The notes beneath the pieces are model-generated. The model did no database searches, had not been told where the DNA came from, and worked only from the letters and a program-made list of their open reading frames with translations. A program made the translations under genes and the position numbers. Positions 25,787 through 39,065 of a stretch of DNA of 64,000 nt are shown piece after piece. The DNA is taken from contig NC_088295.1 of NCBI RefSeq assembly GCF_032854445.1, positions 32,018,510 through 32,082,509 on the forward strand, given 5' to 3'. Positions within the stretch are counted from its first letter, which is position 1. Each line of letters starts with the position of its first letter. Source of the stretch: Liolophura sinensis. Taxonomy: Eukaryota.

Positions 25787-26030
25787 CTTGGCCGAGTGGT
25801 TAGTGCGCCAGTTGGGTGTGATGATGCAGGAACCTCTCACACATGCGGTTACTGTGAGTTCGAGTTCAGCTCATGCCAACTTTCCGTCTGATCGTATGTG
25901 GGAAGGCCTGCCAGGAACCAGCGGATAGTCGTGGGTTTCCCAGTTTCCTCTCACCATAATGCTGGCTGTCGTCATATAAGTGAAATATTGTTGAGTACAA
26001 CGTAAAGCACTAATCAAATAAAGAATTTTG
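25787..26030 (+). mobile_element. SINE copy, forward orientation
   Basis: tRNA-like head TGGCCGAGTGGTTAGTGCGCC..., tail ...ATCAAATAAAGAAT. Confidence 0.8.
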
Positions 26031-26184
26031 TTGTATGTTTATTTTAGGTATTTGATTAAATTGTCAAAACTCAGATAGGACTCAAATGAAATTTTTAAAC
26101 TTAACATAGTGATTTCCTCACTCTTAACCAGTTCACTTTTTGTTTACATTTTATTGTTTATTTTATGACCGTGGTATTAAGGGC

Positions 26185-26395
26185 TCAGAAGGGCCTTCCT
26201 CGAGCCTCTCACCAATGGTGTCATTGTAAGATCAAGTCCAGCTCATGCTAGATTCCTCAGCACCTGTACATGGAAAGTTTTGTGGATGGTCGTGGGTTCC
26301 CCCTGGTTTCTTCCCACCGTAATGCTGGACACCGCCGTATAAGTAAAATATTTTTGAGTGTGGCGTAAAACAGCAATGAAATAGATGAACACATA
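26185..26395 (+). mobile_element. SINE copy, forward, 5' truncated
   Basis: matches family consensus. Confidence 0.75.
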
Positions 26396-27415
26396 TTAAA
26401 GTTCTCAGTAACCTAGGTCCAGCTTTGAAACAAAATACAAAGTTATGAATACCATAGTGATGCTATAGATACAGTAGTGATTTCTGCAGTACATTATAAT
26501 ACGTGCACTATCTATAAAACTGGAGCTAGAAGTGTGGATGTGCGTTTAGTTGACATTTTAATTGCAGGAGGTTGAAGTTTTTTTTTAAACCACAAATTAC
26601 TACTAAGTGCATTGTTGTATGTTAGTCAGTGTTTTGCTTATCTAAAGTAATACATTCTTTCTGTATAGATTTTGGTACAAGATTGGACTTTCCTGCTGTT
26701 GTTAAAAAATATGTCATCCATGTATCACACAATATGTCTTATCCGTCCAAGTATTTCTCCCTTACATGCCAAACAAAAGGAAATTATACTTAAATGAGAA
26801 TTGTCTTTTTAGTATACTATAGAATAAGATCCAGTTTCTGTGAACAAAGTTTTAATACATCACTTTTAAAGGCAGTACTTTGCCACTAAGGTCTCATTTG
26901 GTGCCAACACATGTACTTAGCTTAAACTGCAAGTTCATGCCCATCAGAGTGCCATGATGCCATTTGCTTTTAAACTGGTGCCACTCTAGATGAATTTATT
27001 TTCATTATTGTCACAGCTTCTGGAAATTATTTCAGAAAAAGAAAATAAAATCTGCAGCTTACATTTCAAGTATTTCTGCCTTTTTTTGTGATTTCATGTC
27101 ACTTCACTCCTTATGTTATGAATACATGTGTGGGGCAGTTTACCTCACCGACACACTAGTCTCAATTCAAATTTAGCAGCATTTAGTTTCATAAGCAGGG
27201 TTTTCACTACTGTGGAAGGTGTTGAACTGCACCTGATCAACTTATGAAAGGGAGCAGTTAAAACATTTCAGTCCTTGCTAAAGGAACCACCAGCAAATTT
27301 TCACATTCGGATCTGAGTTGTTGGGGTGTTTGATCTCTGGAAGGTTATATAAATTGATGCACAGGATAAAGGAATAAGGCAAGAACTGACCAGCCCAGTG
27401 TCAAGAGAGGTGGAA

Positions 27416-27420
<5 letters not shown>

Positions 27421-27479
<59 letters not shown>

Positions 27480-27480
27480 G
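27421..27480. repeat. (AT)n microsatellite
   Basis: tatatatata... about 60 bp. Confidence 0.95.
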
Positions 27481-27552
27481 TTACAGAGACTGGCGTGCTA
27501 CAAGGAGGCACCATATGAACATTACTGAAATTATGTTGAAAGTGACAGTATA

Positions 27553-27773
27553 ATTATTTATTTGATTGGTGTTTTAAGCCATACCCAAGAATATTTTACT
27601 TATATGATGGCAGCCAGTGTTATGGTGCGAGGAAACCAAGCTGAGCCCAGGGGAAACTGGGAAACTCACAACCATATCAACGGGTTGCTGACTTGAGCCA
27701 TCAGTAGTCACATTGGTTTGAGGCTCCTGTGTCACTGCGCTGCTTTAGCACGCTTAGTATGAAGCCCCAAAAG
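27553..27773 (-). mobile_element. SINE copy
   Basis: matches family consensus. Confidence 0.8.
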
Positions 27774-29524
27774 TGATGGTCAATCTGAAGGGAAAGAAAC
27801 CTTCAAGTGTTGTTCAGCCAAATCTGTTCGCACATATTGCACTTAAGAAGAATATAAGTAGTGCATGGCCCAGAGATAAGTCAAAACACACAATCCTGTT
27901 AATAAAGAATTACCAAGAAATAAACTTTATGTATATATGTAGGGTGCCAATTATTATTTTTTGTTGATTCCTTTTCATAACCATAAAAGAGCGCTCGTCC
28001 GCGTCAAGGGAGACAACTTGGGGAATTCGGGAGGGCTTTCTTCCCTTGTCATGGAGCTCTCCAGTTGATTTGATTTGACTGAACGAAGAATTTTCTGTGA
28101 AAGATGGTTCAGTATTCGACAACTTGTTTGTGTTGATATGTGAGTAAATGAGACAGTGTGAAGAAAATAATTTGTGATCCTTCAAAAGGATGCATGGTTA
28201 AACTGAAGGTCCATCATATGAAAGAGCAGCAATGATACCTTAGTAATGTATGTGGTCATCGAATTATACTCACACAGATGCCAATTTTCGCGATATAAAA
28301 ATTTTGAGGTGTATTCAGATAATTTACTTGTTTAAGTAAATACACCATGCGTAATGTCCTTTCATGCTTTTTTATCACAGAGACTCATCTACACAGTGAT
28401 CGCACAGTGATTTGTGTAACTAGCGCACTCTGTCTCCTATGTAGACCGAGTACACTGACTGTTGGTTGAGAAATATTCGGATACGCCATATTCATGGCTG
28501 TAGTTGTGTGCAGAAAATGTGCACTCTGTACATGACTTTCTTTTTTGACACAATAGATCAACCACAATATCAAAATAACCCTCATGATTTAATAGAACAA
28601 ACAGAAAATATCAAGAATTTACACTGCCATTCCAAATTCAGTGAGCTAAATGATATCTCTCTATATATAATATTCTGACATTTACATTTTCGGTCGTCTG
28701 CTGATCAGATGAATGTCAGAAACGTAAAATATGGCGGTAGTACGTTTAACGTTGGTGCAGAGTGCCGTACTCTAAATCTTCAACCTTTTTAGCTGCCTCT
28801 GCATCCAATATTGTACAACTATGAAGTGTCAAGAAACAGTTTGCACAGTTTTATGAAGCATGCATCTTAAATGACACAAACAATTCATTTTATAGATCAT
28901 TTTTTCATAATGATTGTATGCATCAATTCCACTGAAAAAGTGCTTTGGTGGGTGAAATGGTTGAAGATTTACAGTATTTAAAATCTGTTTAATTCTGCCT
29001 TGTTTGGTAAGACAGTGGCATATGGGCTGGGACATGGAGAACTTTTCAACTGCCCAAAGTAAGACACAAAATAAGCCTTTTAAATTTTCTATAGTACCCT
29101 GCCCACATTTTGGGGAATTTCTGAAATTGAAAGTATCAAATCAATCATTCAAATTTTATTGTTTGCATCAATTACATGGTAATTCACACATGTACAGAAT
29201 AAGTAGAAAGAGATCTGCACATTTTTGTCCATGTCCTAGTGTATAATTTGACCAGTCTTAACTGGATTATATTAGTCCCTGGTCTTTATTACAGTTCATT
29301 ATATTCAGGTTTTATTCAATTGCTGTTTGATAAGGATTATCTTTTTGTTGTGCTATGTTTAGTACAAACAAAGATGTGGCCAAACACGAGTTTGAGGAAC
29401 AGAAATTTCAGTTAGCAACAGAAATGTACACTAAATGGCCTGAAATTTTGCCCACAAAAGTGCATTTTTCATTATTCTAATTAACAGATCATGTATTGGA
29501 TCGGATTGAGGGCTGATAATAACC

Positions 29525-32500
29525 ATGACCGATCCTCTTCCCACAATAAACATTGATCAGCTCACTAGCTCTGTGACCAGTGTCCTGGCCTCAGCTCCAC
29601 AATCAGACTATGTGGCTACTACCACAGGCACTGGCACTTGTGCCTCACAACCGTCCTCAACTGCAGTTACCTCCCCTTCATTGGTCATGACTCATTCAAT
29701 GACCTCTCCAATCACAAGTGAGTTCTGACCATTTGTATAATTTTTAACAGTTTCATCTTGGATACATTTTAACCAGTGTGAATATTATGAGTTATGTTAG
29801 GCAGCAGAAATCAAAAAGTATTTGATTTAAATGAATAACAAAAAGCAATAAACGACTGTATATGCTAATGATTGTTTAAAAATATTTCTGATCATGTCAG
29901 TACTTGACATAGTCAGGCAGATAAATAGGTGGGTGACCAGAAAAAGATCAGCACTTTATATGTAGAAATGTATTTTTCTTTTCATGTCACGCCACCAGCT
30001 GTTCCTCTGTCAAGTGTCCCTGGCATGCCATTGTCAAGCCTCCCCACCCCCCAGTCTATGATGCCAGTCATGGTGCTGGCCTACGTAGGTGGAAGACCGA
30101 CACTGCTGTCCCTAACGGATCAGCTGACAAGTAGCAAATTCCCCACAGGTAAACGTCTGCCTATCAGCATTAATTTGTTCTAATTTGGGAGGGGGGGGGG
30201 GATGCAGGGAGCGCTCACTTTCCATGAATTTAAGAATTCATCACAACATCTAGCCTATTTTCAGACTTCATGTTACAAAATTGAAAGATACTGAGTTTTG
30301 TTTGAAAGCATTAATTTTTGGCCAGCCTTCGCGCTATTTCCTGAACAGCCAACCATAAAATCAGACCTGACTCCCTGAATCTTGATGAGGATTCTAAGCT
30401 AGATCAGTCAACATCAGGGGCTCATTCCGCAAAGCCATTTTTGACTAAAGTCAAAATTTTAAATACCATCTTAAAGCCTATTGTTCGGTTTTAGAAATTA
30501 AAATTTTGTCCACTTCATCAATGTTATTGTTAGACAAATATGTCCAAGTTTCAACTTACGGTATCAAAAGCGACGCATTGTGAAGAGGTTTTAATTTTGG
30601 CTCTAGGTTAGAAATGACTTTGGAATCAAAGACAAAAGGCATTGATGATATTATTGGGTCAATGTTGGGTCAATGAATTCTGAAGTTAAAGTTCATGGAT
30701 AAAGCTGTTCATTCATTTTCCCAGCAACCTCCAATGGTCCTCAACTGCAGCAGACTGTACACAGTATTAGTCACGTGGACAGCAGCAGTATGATACCTGT
30801 GTCAGGTAAGCTCCATCCCATAGTATTTTGGCTGCTTTACTCATTTATGTGAACTTTAAGTTTATTGCCTCTCCACTGCAGGAGGAAACATGTGTATATG
30901 TAAAATACTATTTGTTAACTGTAGGTCTGCATTATATCATAAGTACTCATCTGATCTTTACTAAATATTTCATAAGATTCTGTAGGTGAGACATAAGGAT
31001 AAATAAGATATTATCTTTTTGTAATGTTATGCCTGTTTTCCTGTGTTCGTTTGTCTCGTGATTGTTCACTTGTCTTTCTTGAATGATGTCTTCAGATTGT
31101 TCAACCAATCATATGCACACTCAGGTAATCCTATTTGGATGTCACGTTGATGGGTTGCCACAGTTTGATTGGATGACAATCTAGCTTCATCTGCCTTCCT
31201 AGAAGCTTACAATAGTCATTAGTTGGATGAATATTCTTGAGTACGGCATAAAACACCATTCAAATAAATAAATAAATAATAATACATTAGTTGGATGAGG
31301 GATGGGTCATGCAAAAAGAGCCTTGCTGGTTCACATATTAGGGACCACTTACTGTCTGGTAGAATATTCATCAGTGTAAACACACGTTGTTGAAATTAAA
31401 AATTTAGTAAGATTCTAATTTGGTGAAGATCACTGTGTATTTTTATGGCTCCAGATCAGAATATTGGTATGAGCTAATTTTGATTGAAGTTTTACCTTAT
31501 GTGTCAACATGTTTACGTAAGTCGAGACCGGGCATGAAAACATTATCACATTGGCTGAATAACATGGGAGTTAATATGAAACATTGCTTCACTGCCTTAT
31601 AAGTCCAGAACCATGGTTGACATTCACAATTTATGCGTGCCGTGCTGAATGTTCTATTGTCAAACATACTATAGTTTTCAAGTATAAAGAGTAAGTTGTC
31701 AGTATATTGTCCAGTGTTGTTCATTACCCTATACATTCCAGTGTTATCTTTCACCACATCGTCTGCTTGCCGCTGCCTCATGCGAGTGAATTGCCAAGAT
31801 ATAGGAGTGAATTGCGTGGTCTCAGATAGAATCTACATGCGTCAGAATTTACAATTTTTATTGTTTAGTTGACTGCTTTGCCCTTGTTGCAGGTTCCATG
31901 TCCCAGACTTGCCGGCCGTCAGTTCTCCCACAGATACAGCCTTTGCCTTCACAAGCAGAACCGGTACAAGTGACAAATAAATCTGAACAGAGTATCCCTG
32001 GTCATATCTTGATCCAACCCAAGCCTACAGTAGCCACATCCTGTGCTCCAATACCCCAGTCTACCCAGCCTGTTCAGTCTATCCCCACCTCCACTGGCCC
32101 CCCTCTGCCCAGAGCCCTTACCCCCATGACCAGTCAGACCCACAGGATGACCCCTATTGACCTCCAGGCCCTTCTTAATCAGTGTGTCCAGAGTCCAGTT
32201 CTGACTCATCAGCCATGTTCTAGTCAAACTCCCAGCAACAATCTCTTACAGCTGGCAGCAGGGGGGATAACTGCTGAGCATCCAGTGTCTCAGGGAGAAA
32301 TACCATGTATGCCTCCAGCCCAGGGGTTAACTTCCCTTCCTGATCCAGTCCCCATCCCACCCCTATCTCAGCAGAGTGTACTGCATAACCAGGTACACAC
32401 CAACACATCAGCTATGATGCCGTCAGGGACCGTAGCTGGTTCAGGGGCAGAGAACTCTGACACACCTGTCATGATGGAGAGCCAGTCCATGGGTCCTCCG

Positions 32501-35500
32501 CCTCCAGGAACACTAACGGTTGGTGATCATGACAACACAACAGAGCAGACAGGCCTTACCAATGTCCAGCAGTTGATGACCAGTCTGGATGGCCTCAGTC
32601 CAGTAGCTAATAGTGTCTGCTCATTAACCGGAGAGTACCATAACAGTAAGAATGTGTTACTTCTCCAATGAGTTTTCTTCCCCCAGTTTCATTGCTCTCA
32701 TGGCCATGTATCAGATCAAAACCAATCAGTGCAAATCCAGTCAAATGTTTGCTGTTGTTTTAGAATAGCCTAAATAATTAAAGTTCATAAAATGTCAGCC
32801 TTGTCTATTACCATACAAAAGCAGTGATAAGGTTTCTAAAATTTTAAAGCTGATCACATTATAAATTTTCAAACATAAAAATCATTTTAAAACTTTAAAT
32901 AGTACAGGTTCGATTAGAATTATTTTGGGAAAGCCATTAATTTTAGTTATTTTTAATGAAAAAAAATTTGATTTGATGACGAATATGGATTTTTTGCCAA
33001 AACTCTCTTGTATTCCTACAGCCTTTTTTAAATAATGGACTTTTAAGAAAGTACTAGCTTATCCAGGCATGTTGTCATGTACTTCTTGAGGTGCGATGAT
33101 TACTCAAGCAACTTACATGAAACATCCTCCATTCCTAAACCTGAACAGCCAACATGATGTTTCTCCAAAAAATATATGACTTAATATTAAAGGCAGACTA
33201 TTAAAGTGGTTTGAAGTTTAAAGTGAAATGACTTTCACATATATTTTGCCCCCCCAAAAATAAAGTACATGTAGTGGTTTGTGTTAATAAGTGTTCAATA
33301 GTTTCAGTGCTGGACCTGTTGATGAAAGTCCATGGTGGTGACCTCGAAAAGACCAGTCAGGAAGGGATGGGCAAAAGCACTCCATTTTCATCAGGGCCCA
33401 CCCCTGGGGAACCTGCCACACCCAGTGACACGGCTTCTATCACACAGTTCTGTATGTATATACATACATACACAAATCAGCTGGCTTGCCAAATTCTTAA
33501 CATTTACATGTACAACTTGCTAAAAATTCAGGCTGCTGGAAAAGTGGTCTGCACTGAGGATATCTGCTGTTTAGTTGCACCTACATAAGTTTCCAGAAAG
33601 TTATTATTTACATGCTGATGTTCCAGTAAATTCATTGATTTGTGAAATTTCTGTAGCAGGTGTACTCAATAGGGTTTATTTGCTGTCTTGTTATACTCTG
33701 ACCATACATCTATGATGTAGGAGAACAATGTGACTGAGTATTGTTGCCCCATTTTTCAGTCTGTGTTGAGTGCTGCAGTAGTAGTGAGTCTCCATGTAAG
33801 GTACATGAGTGTAAATATACACGGGTCTATGACAAACCCATCAGCACCAAGGCCAGGATGACACTGCCAGATGTCCTCTACTTGTCGCAGAGCTCTGTCA
33901 GCTCCAACTTACCAGGTTAGCATATACTAATCTTCACCCAGCTCTTTTTGAACACAAGTCAGATACATACATGTGTATACATATACTAATTATCTCCTAG
34001 CCCCAATATGCCAGGTACCTATGCATATACTAATTATCTCCTAGCCCCAATATGACAGGAACCTGTATGCATATACTAATTATCGTCTAGCTCCAATAAG
34101 CCAGGTACCTATATGCATGTACCAATTATCTGTCAGCTCCAATATGCTAGGTACCTACATGCATTTTACTAGTTATCTTTCAGCTCCAATATACCAGGTA
34201 CCTATATGCATGTACTAATTATCTGTCAGCTCCAGTATGCCAGGTACCTATATGCATTTGCTAATTATCTGTCAGCTCCAATATGCCAGGTACTTATATG
34301 CATTTACTAATTATCTGTCAGCTCCAATATGCCAGGTTCCTATATTCATTTACCAATTATCTGTCAGCTCCAATATGCCAGATACCTATATGCATTTACT
34401 AATTATCTGCTAGCTCCAATATGCCAGGTACCTATATGCATGTATTAATTATCTGTCGGCTTCAGTATGCCAGGTACCTATATGCATTTACCAATTATCT
34501 GTCAGCTCCAATATGCCAGATACCTATATGCATGTACTAATTATCTAACAGCTCCAATATGCCTGGTACCGAAATGCATATGCTAATTATCTCCCAATTC
34601 TAATATGCCATGTATAATTGTTATTTCGAGTTTTAGTATACTGTGTGTAATATTTATGTGTGTTAGCCCAGAGGTTAAATTTGTAAGTTGTTAATTATCT
34701 CTCTTTAATACATGTAGCTCAAATGATATGAAACTACAAGTACACTCAGATCTACATGTGGATTAATTTTGTCAGTTCTGACTGCTGTGCTGATTATCTG
34801 TTGTCTCTACCACAGTATTTAGCATGTAGCAATAATATAGGTCCTGCATGTACATGTAGTTACAGCATCTCCTGTAGTTTCAGCCTAGCCAGCTTCATAC
34901 AAGGCCTCGCCAACATATGGCTGAGATATTGCCGATATGACGATAAGCCATAATCATTCATTCATTCATACAAGGCAGTAGTTTTGTACTAGGCCCTTTT
35001 TGACTGCAGCTGATTTGGTCACTGTAACTGAACATTCACTTTTTTTTTTAAAAAGTAGCCTTATCGGGTGGCTACGCTGTGTTGATGTCAATTAAAAGTT
35101 GACAGCTTCGTTATAGAAATTGAATTGCTCTTACAGAAAGATATTTTAGGAAAACAAATATTTATTGTATATTACCATAGCATATAACTTGCAAACAGAC
35201 AGATGTTAAAAGCGACATGGATTTATACGTCACAGCATTATCTTTTATTAGAGGGCTTGATTTTGTGATGAAGGATGTTTGATGTAATGTTGTAGGAGTG
35301 TGGACAAAGTCATTTATGTCAAGTCATACTGTGTTTGGACCAGTCATTGGAGAGCCAAAATCTGCCCATGAATGTGACAAGGAGAAAAAACCTAACTTCT
35401 TCACGTGGAAGGTACAGTGTACATGTGTGAATTATTTCACATATGGTGATTGTACCCTAGCCTTTCACCAAGGAGGCTGGAAGTTCAAATCCAGTTCCTG

Positions 35501-37543
35501 CTGGTTTAGCTGCAGCTTTGTGACAGGAAATTTGTCATGTGCCTGGCTAGGGGTTCCATTTGGACCCTGTCTGATTTCATCCACCTTAAAACCTGACTGC
35601 TGTAATTAACATAAACAAAAATTGAATACACCGTTTTGATTTAAAACAAATGAATAAAATAAAATACTTGGTAATACTTTTTAGTTTGTAGTAAATACAT
35701 GATGAAAATTTATCTTTAGGAAAAGCAGCAGTTCTTTTCTTTGGAATATTATGCATAACATGTTATTTTGTTCTGTACTTTCTTTTGATCCCTGTATTTT
35801 TAAACAACAGATTTTTTACGATGGTAAAGCAGAGGGTATCTGTGTATCGGATGAAAATCATTCAAACTGGATGAGGTTTGTGAAGCCTGCTCGGGCCTCA
35901 GAGGAGCAAAATGTGGTGGTATATCAGCAGGGGAGAGAAATCTTCTTCAGCACATGTAGAGATCTGATGCCAAACCAAGAACTGCTTCTCTGGTATTCCA
36001 AAGATTATGCCAAAGCCCTGGGTAAATAGTATTGCAGAAATATTTGTCACATCATTTACAAGACTTTTCATATGATTAGAAGAAAATTAACTTTACTTGC
36101 ATTGTTATTGGATGAGGAAACCAATGATATTTACATTTTTTATAAAAACATTGCATCCTTCATTCAATATCAAAACCTTTTTCCATAATTCTGTATAAGG
36201 GAAATATTGAATATGGCATGAAACTCCAATTAAATAAATAAATAAGCTCATTATCAGATCTTTTAAAGAATGAAAGAGAAACCATATGCATTTTGTAATG
36301 CAGCAGGCATAGTTACAGTTAGTTCACAAAATTTGTAAAATAATTAAAATGAAAATTATTGCAGAAAACTGTAGCAAGGCCAGTCCATAATTGCCTATAT
36401 ATACATGCCACTTTGGTCTATCAACTAGGTATGCCATCAATGCCTGGAACCATGGCTACGTGTAATGTTTGCTCCAAGTCCTTTCCAAACACCAAGTGCC
36501 TGGGTCAACATGTGAAGTACTCACACCCGGACATGTCAACACGAAAGTATAAGTGTGAATACTGTGGACGTGGGTTCAATTCCTCCTCCAAGCTGAAGAG
36601 CCACGTTTTGAGTCACCTGGGAGTCAAGCCTTACATGTGTGCACAGTGTGGGAAGAAGTTTACAGAGAAGCCTAATTTAACCAGACACATGTTCATTCAC
36701 ACAGGTATGACACAGCCCTCAAGGCAGATCTAGGGTTATTAATGAATTTGGTCCGATGAATTTAATATGAATCATGGGCTGCAAATGTATGTGCGTAAAT
36801 TTTTTCCGTTTTCAAAATGTACAAAACATGGACCAATTACTTGCAATACTGAACACGTTGGAGGAACAGTCATATAGGGCCTGTCATTGTGAGAAATTAT
36901 CTTTTGTAACATTTAGTTTCATGAAATTGATTAAATTATCAATCCCAGTTAATAACTAAACATACAGAACAGTACACAGTTCATACATGTTGTTATGTGT
37001 AGATGTGTTGTACTGGTAATGCATCATAGTGTTTGTATTTTGCATCCAGGAGAGCGTAAATTTGCCTGTGAGGTCTGTGGACGAGGTTTCAGGCAGAAGG
37101 CCCACCTACAGTCGCATATCCTGGTCCACACAGGAGAGAGAACCATACGCTGTCGATACTGCGAAAAGCTATTTGCTCGCACCTCTGACCTCAAGCAGCA
37201 CGAGTACCAGCACACCAAGGAGAAAGTTTTCACATGTCCACATTGTAACAAGGTCTTCTACAAACTACAGAACTTCAAAAAACACTCCAAAATTCACTCG
37301 GGACAAAAGGACTACCCGTGTCACCAATGTGAAAAGTGTTTCTTTACACGATACCATATGAAACGCCACCTACAGACTTGTAAAGGAACTAAGGGTCATT
37401 ATACCTTAGGCCCAGAGGATCCTGAAATTGTGGCCCTGAACATGGACCATTGCGCAGCATCTTGTGAGGAGGTACCCACTCCTCCTGACCCTCCTAGCCA
37501 TAACCAAAAACGGACTAAAGTTAAAGGAAAAGGGAAAAAATAG
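29525..37543 (+). CDS. PRDM-family transcription factor, about 857 aa, with a PR/SET domain and 7 C2H2 zinc fingers. CDS join(29525..29717, 29999..30148, 30725..30805, 31893..32645, 33308..33451, 33760..33915, 35296..35411, 35811..36021, 36429..36704, 37050..37543). Additional 5' exons are possible.
   Basis: PR domain is split over two exons: VWTKSFMSSHTVFGPVIGEPKSAHECDKEKKPNFFTWK | IFYDGKAEGICVSDENHSNWMRFVKPARASEEQNVVVYQQGREIFFSTCRDLMPNQELLLWYSKDYAKAL. It carries the PRDM hallmarks (FGP.(I/Y)GE, NWMR(F/Y)V, EQN(L/V), ELL(V/L)WY). The exon before it encodes a Cys-rich knuckle, CVECCSSSESPCKVHEC. Seven C2H2 fingers follow, with HTGE(R/K)-type linkers (CNVCSKSF..H, CEYCGRGF, CAQCGKKF, CEVCGRGF, CRYCEKLF, CPHCNKVF, CHQCEKCF), ending at the TAG at 37541-37543. 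Upstream exons encode low-complexity P/S/T/Q-rich sequence. Splice phases close over all 10 exons, and the total length is divisible by 3. Which PRDM paralog this is remains unresolved. The zinc-knuckle + PR + C-terminal finger layout suggests a PRDM4/10/15-like member, as a hypothesis only. Confidence 0.75.
30405..30650 (+). mobile_element. copy of a second, unclassified interspersed repeat family, about 230 bp
   Basis: Shares about 75% identity with 38850..39065 (...CATTGT(A/G)AAGAGGTTTTAATTTTG(A/G)C...AAATG(A/G)CT.TGGAATC...). Confidence 0.55.
33955..34615. repeat. minisatellite, about 11 copies of an about 60 bp unit (ATGCATGTACTAATTATCTGTCAGCTCCAATATGCCAGGTACCTAT...)
   Basis: Direct tandem repetition with point variants. 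Lies in the PRDM intron between exons 33760..33915 and 35296..35411. Confidence 0.9.
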
Positions 37544-38409
37544 GGTTCTATTTATTATGTGTAGGTAATTATTTTTGTTACAAAACTACATTTTAAGAAT
37601 TTCATCTTATTTACATCAAAATGGTTTTAAAGATTTGTGTTTGCCAAAGTTAGTATTTCCCTGTGGCTAGTCAGATTTATTTACCAATGCTGCATTGAAA
37701 TTGTACCAGTGTTAATCATGAAAAATTAAAATTCAGTATTTATTCCAAGTAATGACTTATTTAGGTTTTGTGTGAACTGAGAAGAACATTTGAAAAATGA
37801 AGTACGCCCTGTCTGAAAGATCTCCAGAAAAATACATCAGCTTGTTCTTTTACCTCTTTTTTCCCCCCAAGAATATTTTAACCACCTTTTGATGTCATAA
37901 ACAATCTTGCTGAGAAAGTGTAATTTAGAATTCAGTTTCAAACTTAGATTTAAAAATCTGGAAAAATAGGTGATAGTACATGAAGCTTCAATTAAGCTTC
38001 CTTAAATCCACTTCTCACTTATCTTTTATAGATGTATGAATGTATTTATTTAATTGATTAGTGTTTTACACTCGATGGTCTAGCTTATGGTTAGAGAATA
38101 CAAGAGAAGAAAAAGTCACTTTCTCCAGCTTCCTAGTACTTTGGGGCTCAACGTGTAAGATCAGATAAAGGTGTTTATTAACCAACTAACATATGATGGA
38201 AGGTTTAATTTTTTCCCTATGTTTCATTCAGGGTGGGATGTTTTCTAAACCTTCCATGATATGGATTTCCCTTATGGGAGTTATTGGTTATTTCAAACCT
38301 TACTGATTTTATTTTTTTTGGAAGTTGTCAACCAAATCAGTGCATTTCACTTTTGCTCATGTGCTTAATGTACTTAGCTTAATGTTTTTAGCATCAGTTA
38401 CATTGCTTT

Positions 38410-38645
38410 TTTCAACCTAGGAGTCTCTCACTAATGTGGTCGCTGTAAGTTCAAGTCCAGCTAGTGCTGGCTTCCTCTCCGGCTGTAAGTGGGAAGGTCT
38501 TCCAGCAACCTGCAGATGGTCATAGGTTTCCCCCCGGATCTGCCTGGTTTCCTCCCACCATAATCCTGGTCGCCATTGTATAAGTGAAATATTCTTGAGT
38601 ATGGCGTAAAACACCAATCAAATAAATAAATAAATCTTTCAACTT
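38410..38645 (+). mobile_element. SINE copy, forward
   Basis: matches family consensus. Confidence 0.85.
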
Positions 38646-38849
38646 TACAAACATCAAAATGACTGTCATGAATTAAACTATGTTCAACCAATTCAGCTGG
38701 GTTGTTTAAATGACGTGATATTGTTGTAATTCTCTTGCAATGGAAAAAAGCATCAGGAAAGGAATGTCTGAAATAGAGTTGTTAGCCATGATTGAGGGTT
38801 GCCCAATATTAACATAACAGTATTGCCAAGTGACAAAACTTGTTTCCCA

Positions 38850-39065
38850 TAGGCCTCGGGGCCGATCCCACAGAGTCATTTCTGACTTAAGCCAAAAATT
38901 GAAATATCATCACAAAGCTTATTTGTCAACTGTGGAAATAAAAAGTTTGTCTACCTGATCAGACAAAAGTTTCCAAATTCCTACATTCAGAACCAAAGAC
39001 TAAGCATTGTAAAGAGGTTTTAATTTTGACCTAAGTCCGAAATGGCTCTGTGGAATCGGCCCAGA
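38850..39065 (+). mobile_element. second copy of the same unclassified repeat family
   Basis: see 30405..30650. Confidence 0.55.

Noticed and set aside
25600-29500. TMEM216-like gene next to TMEM138, the vertebrate ciliopathy-locus arrangement
   Set aside because: I searched both strands for a TMEM216-like 4-TM ORF and found none. The interval is SINEs, an (AT)n repeat and unassignable DNA.
31898-32671. 257-aa ORF as a stand-alone gene
   Set aside because: It is the large internal low-complexity exon (31893..32645) of the PRDM gene, entered through a CAG acceptor and left through a GTAAGA donor.
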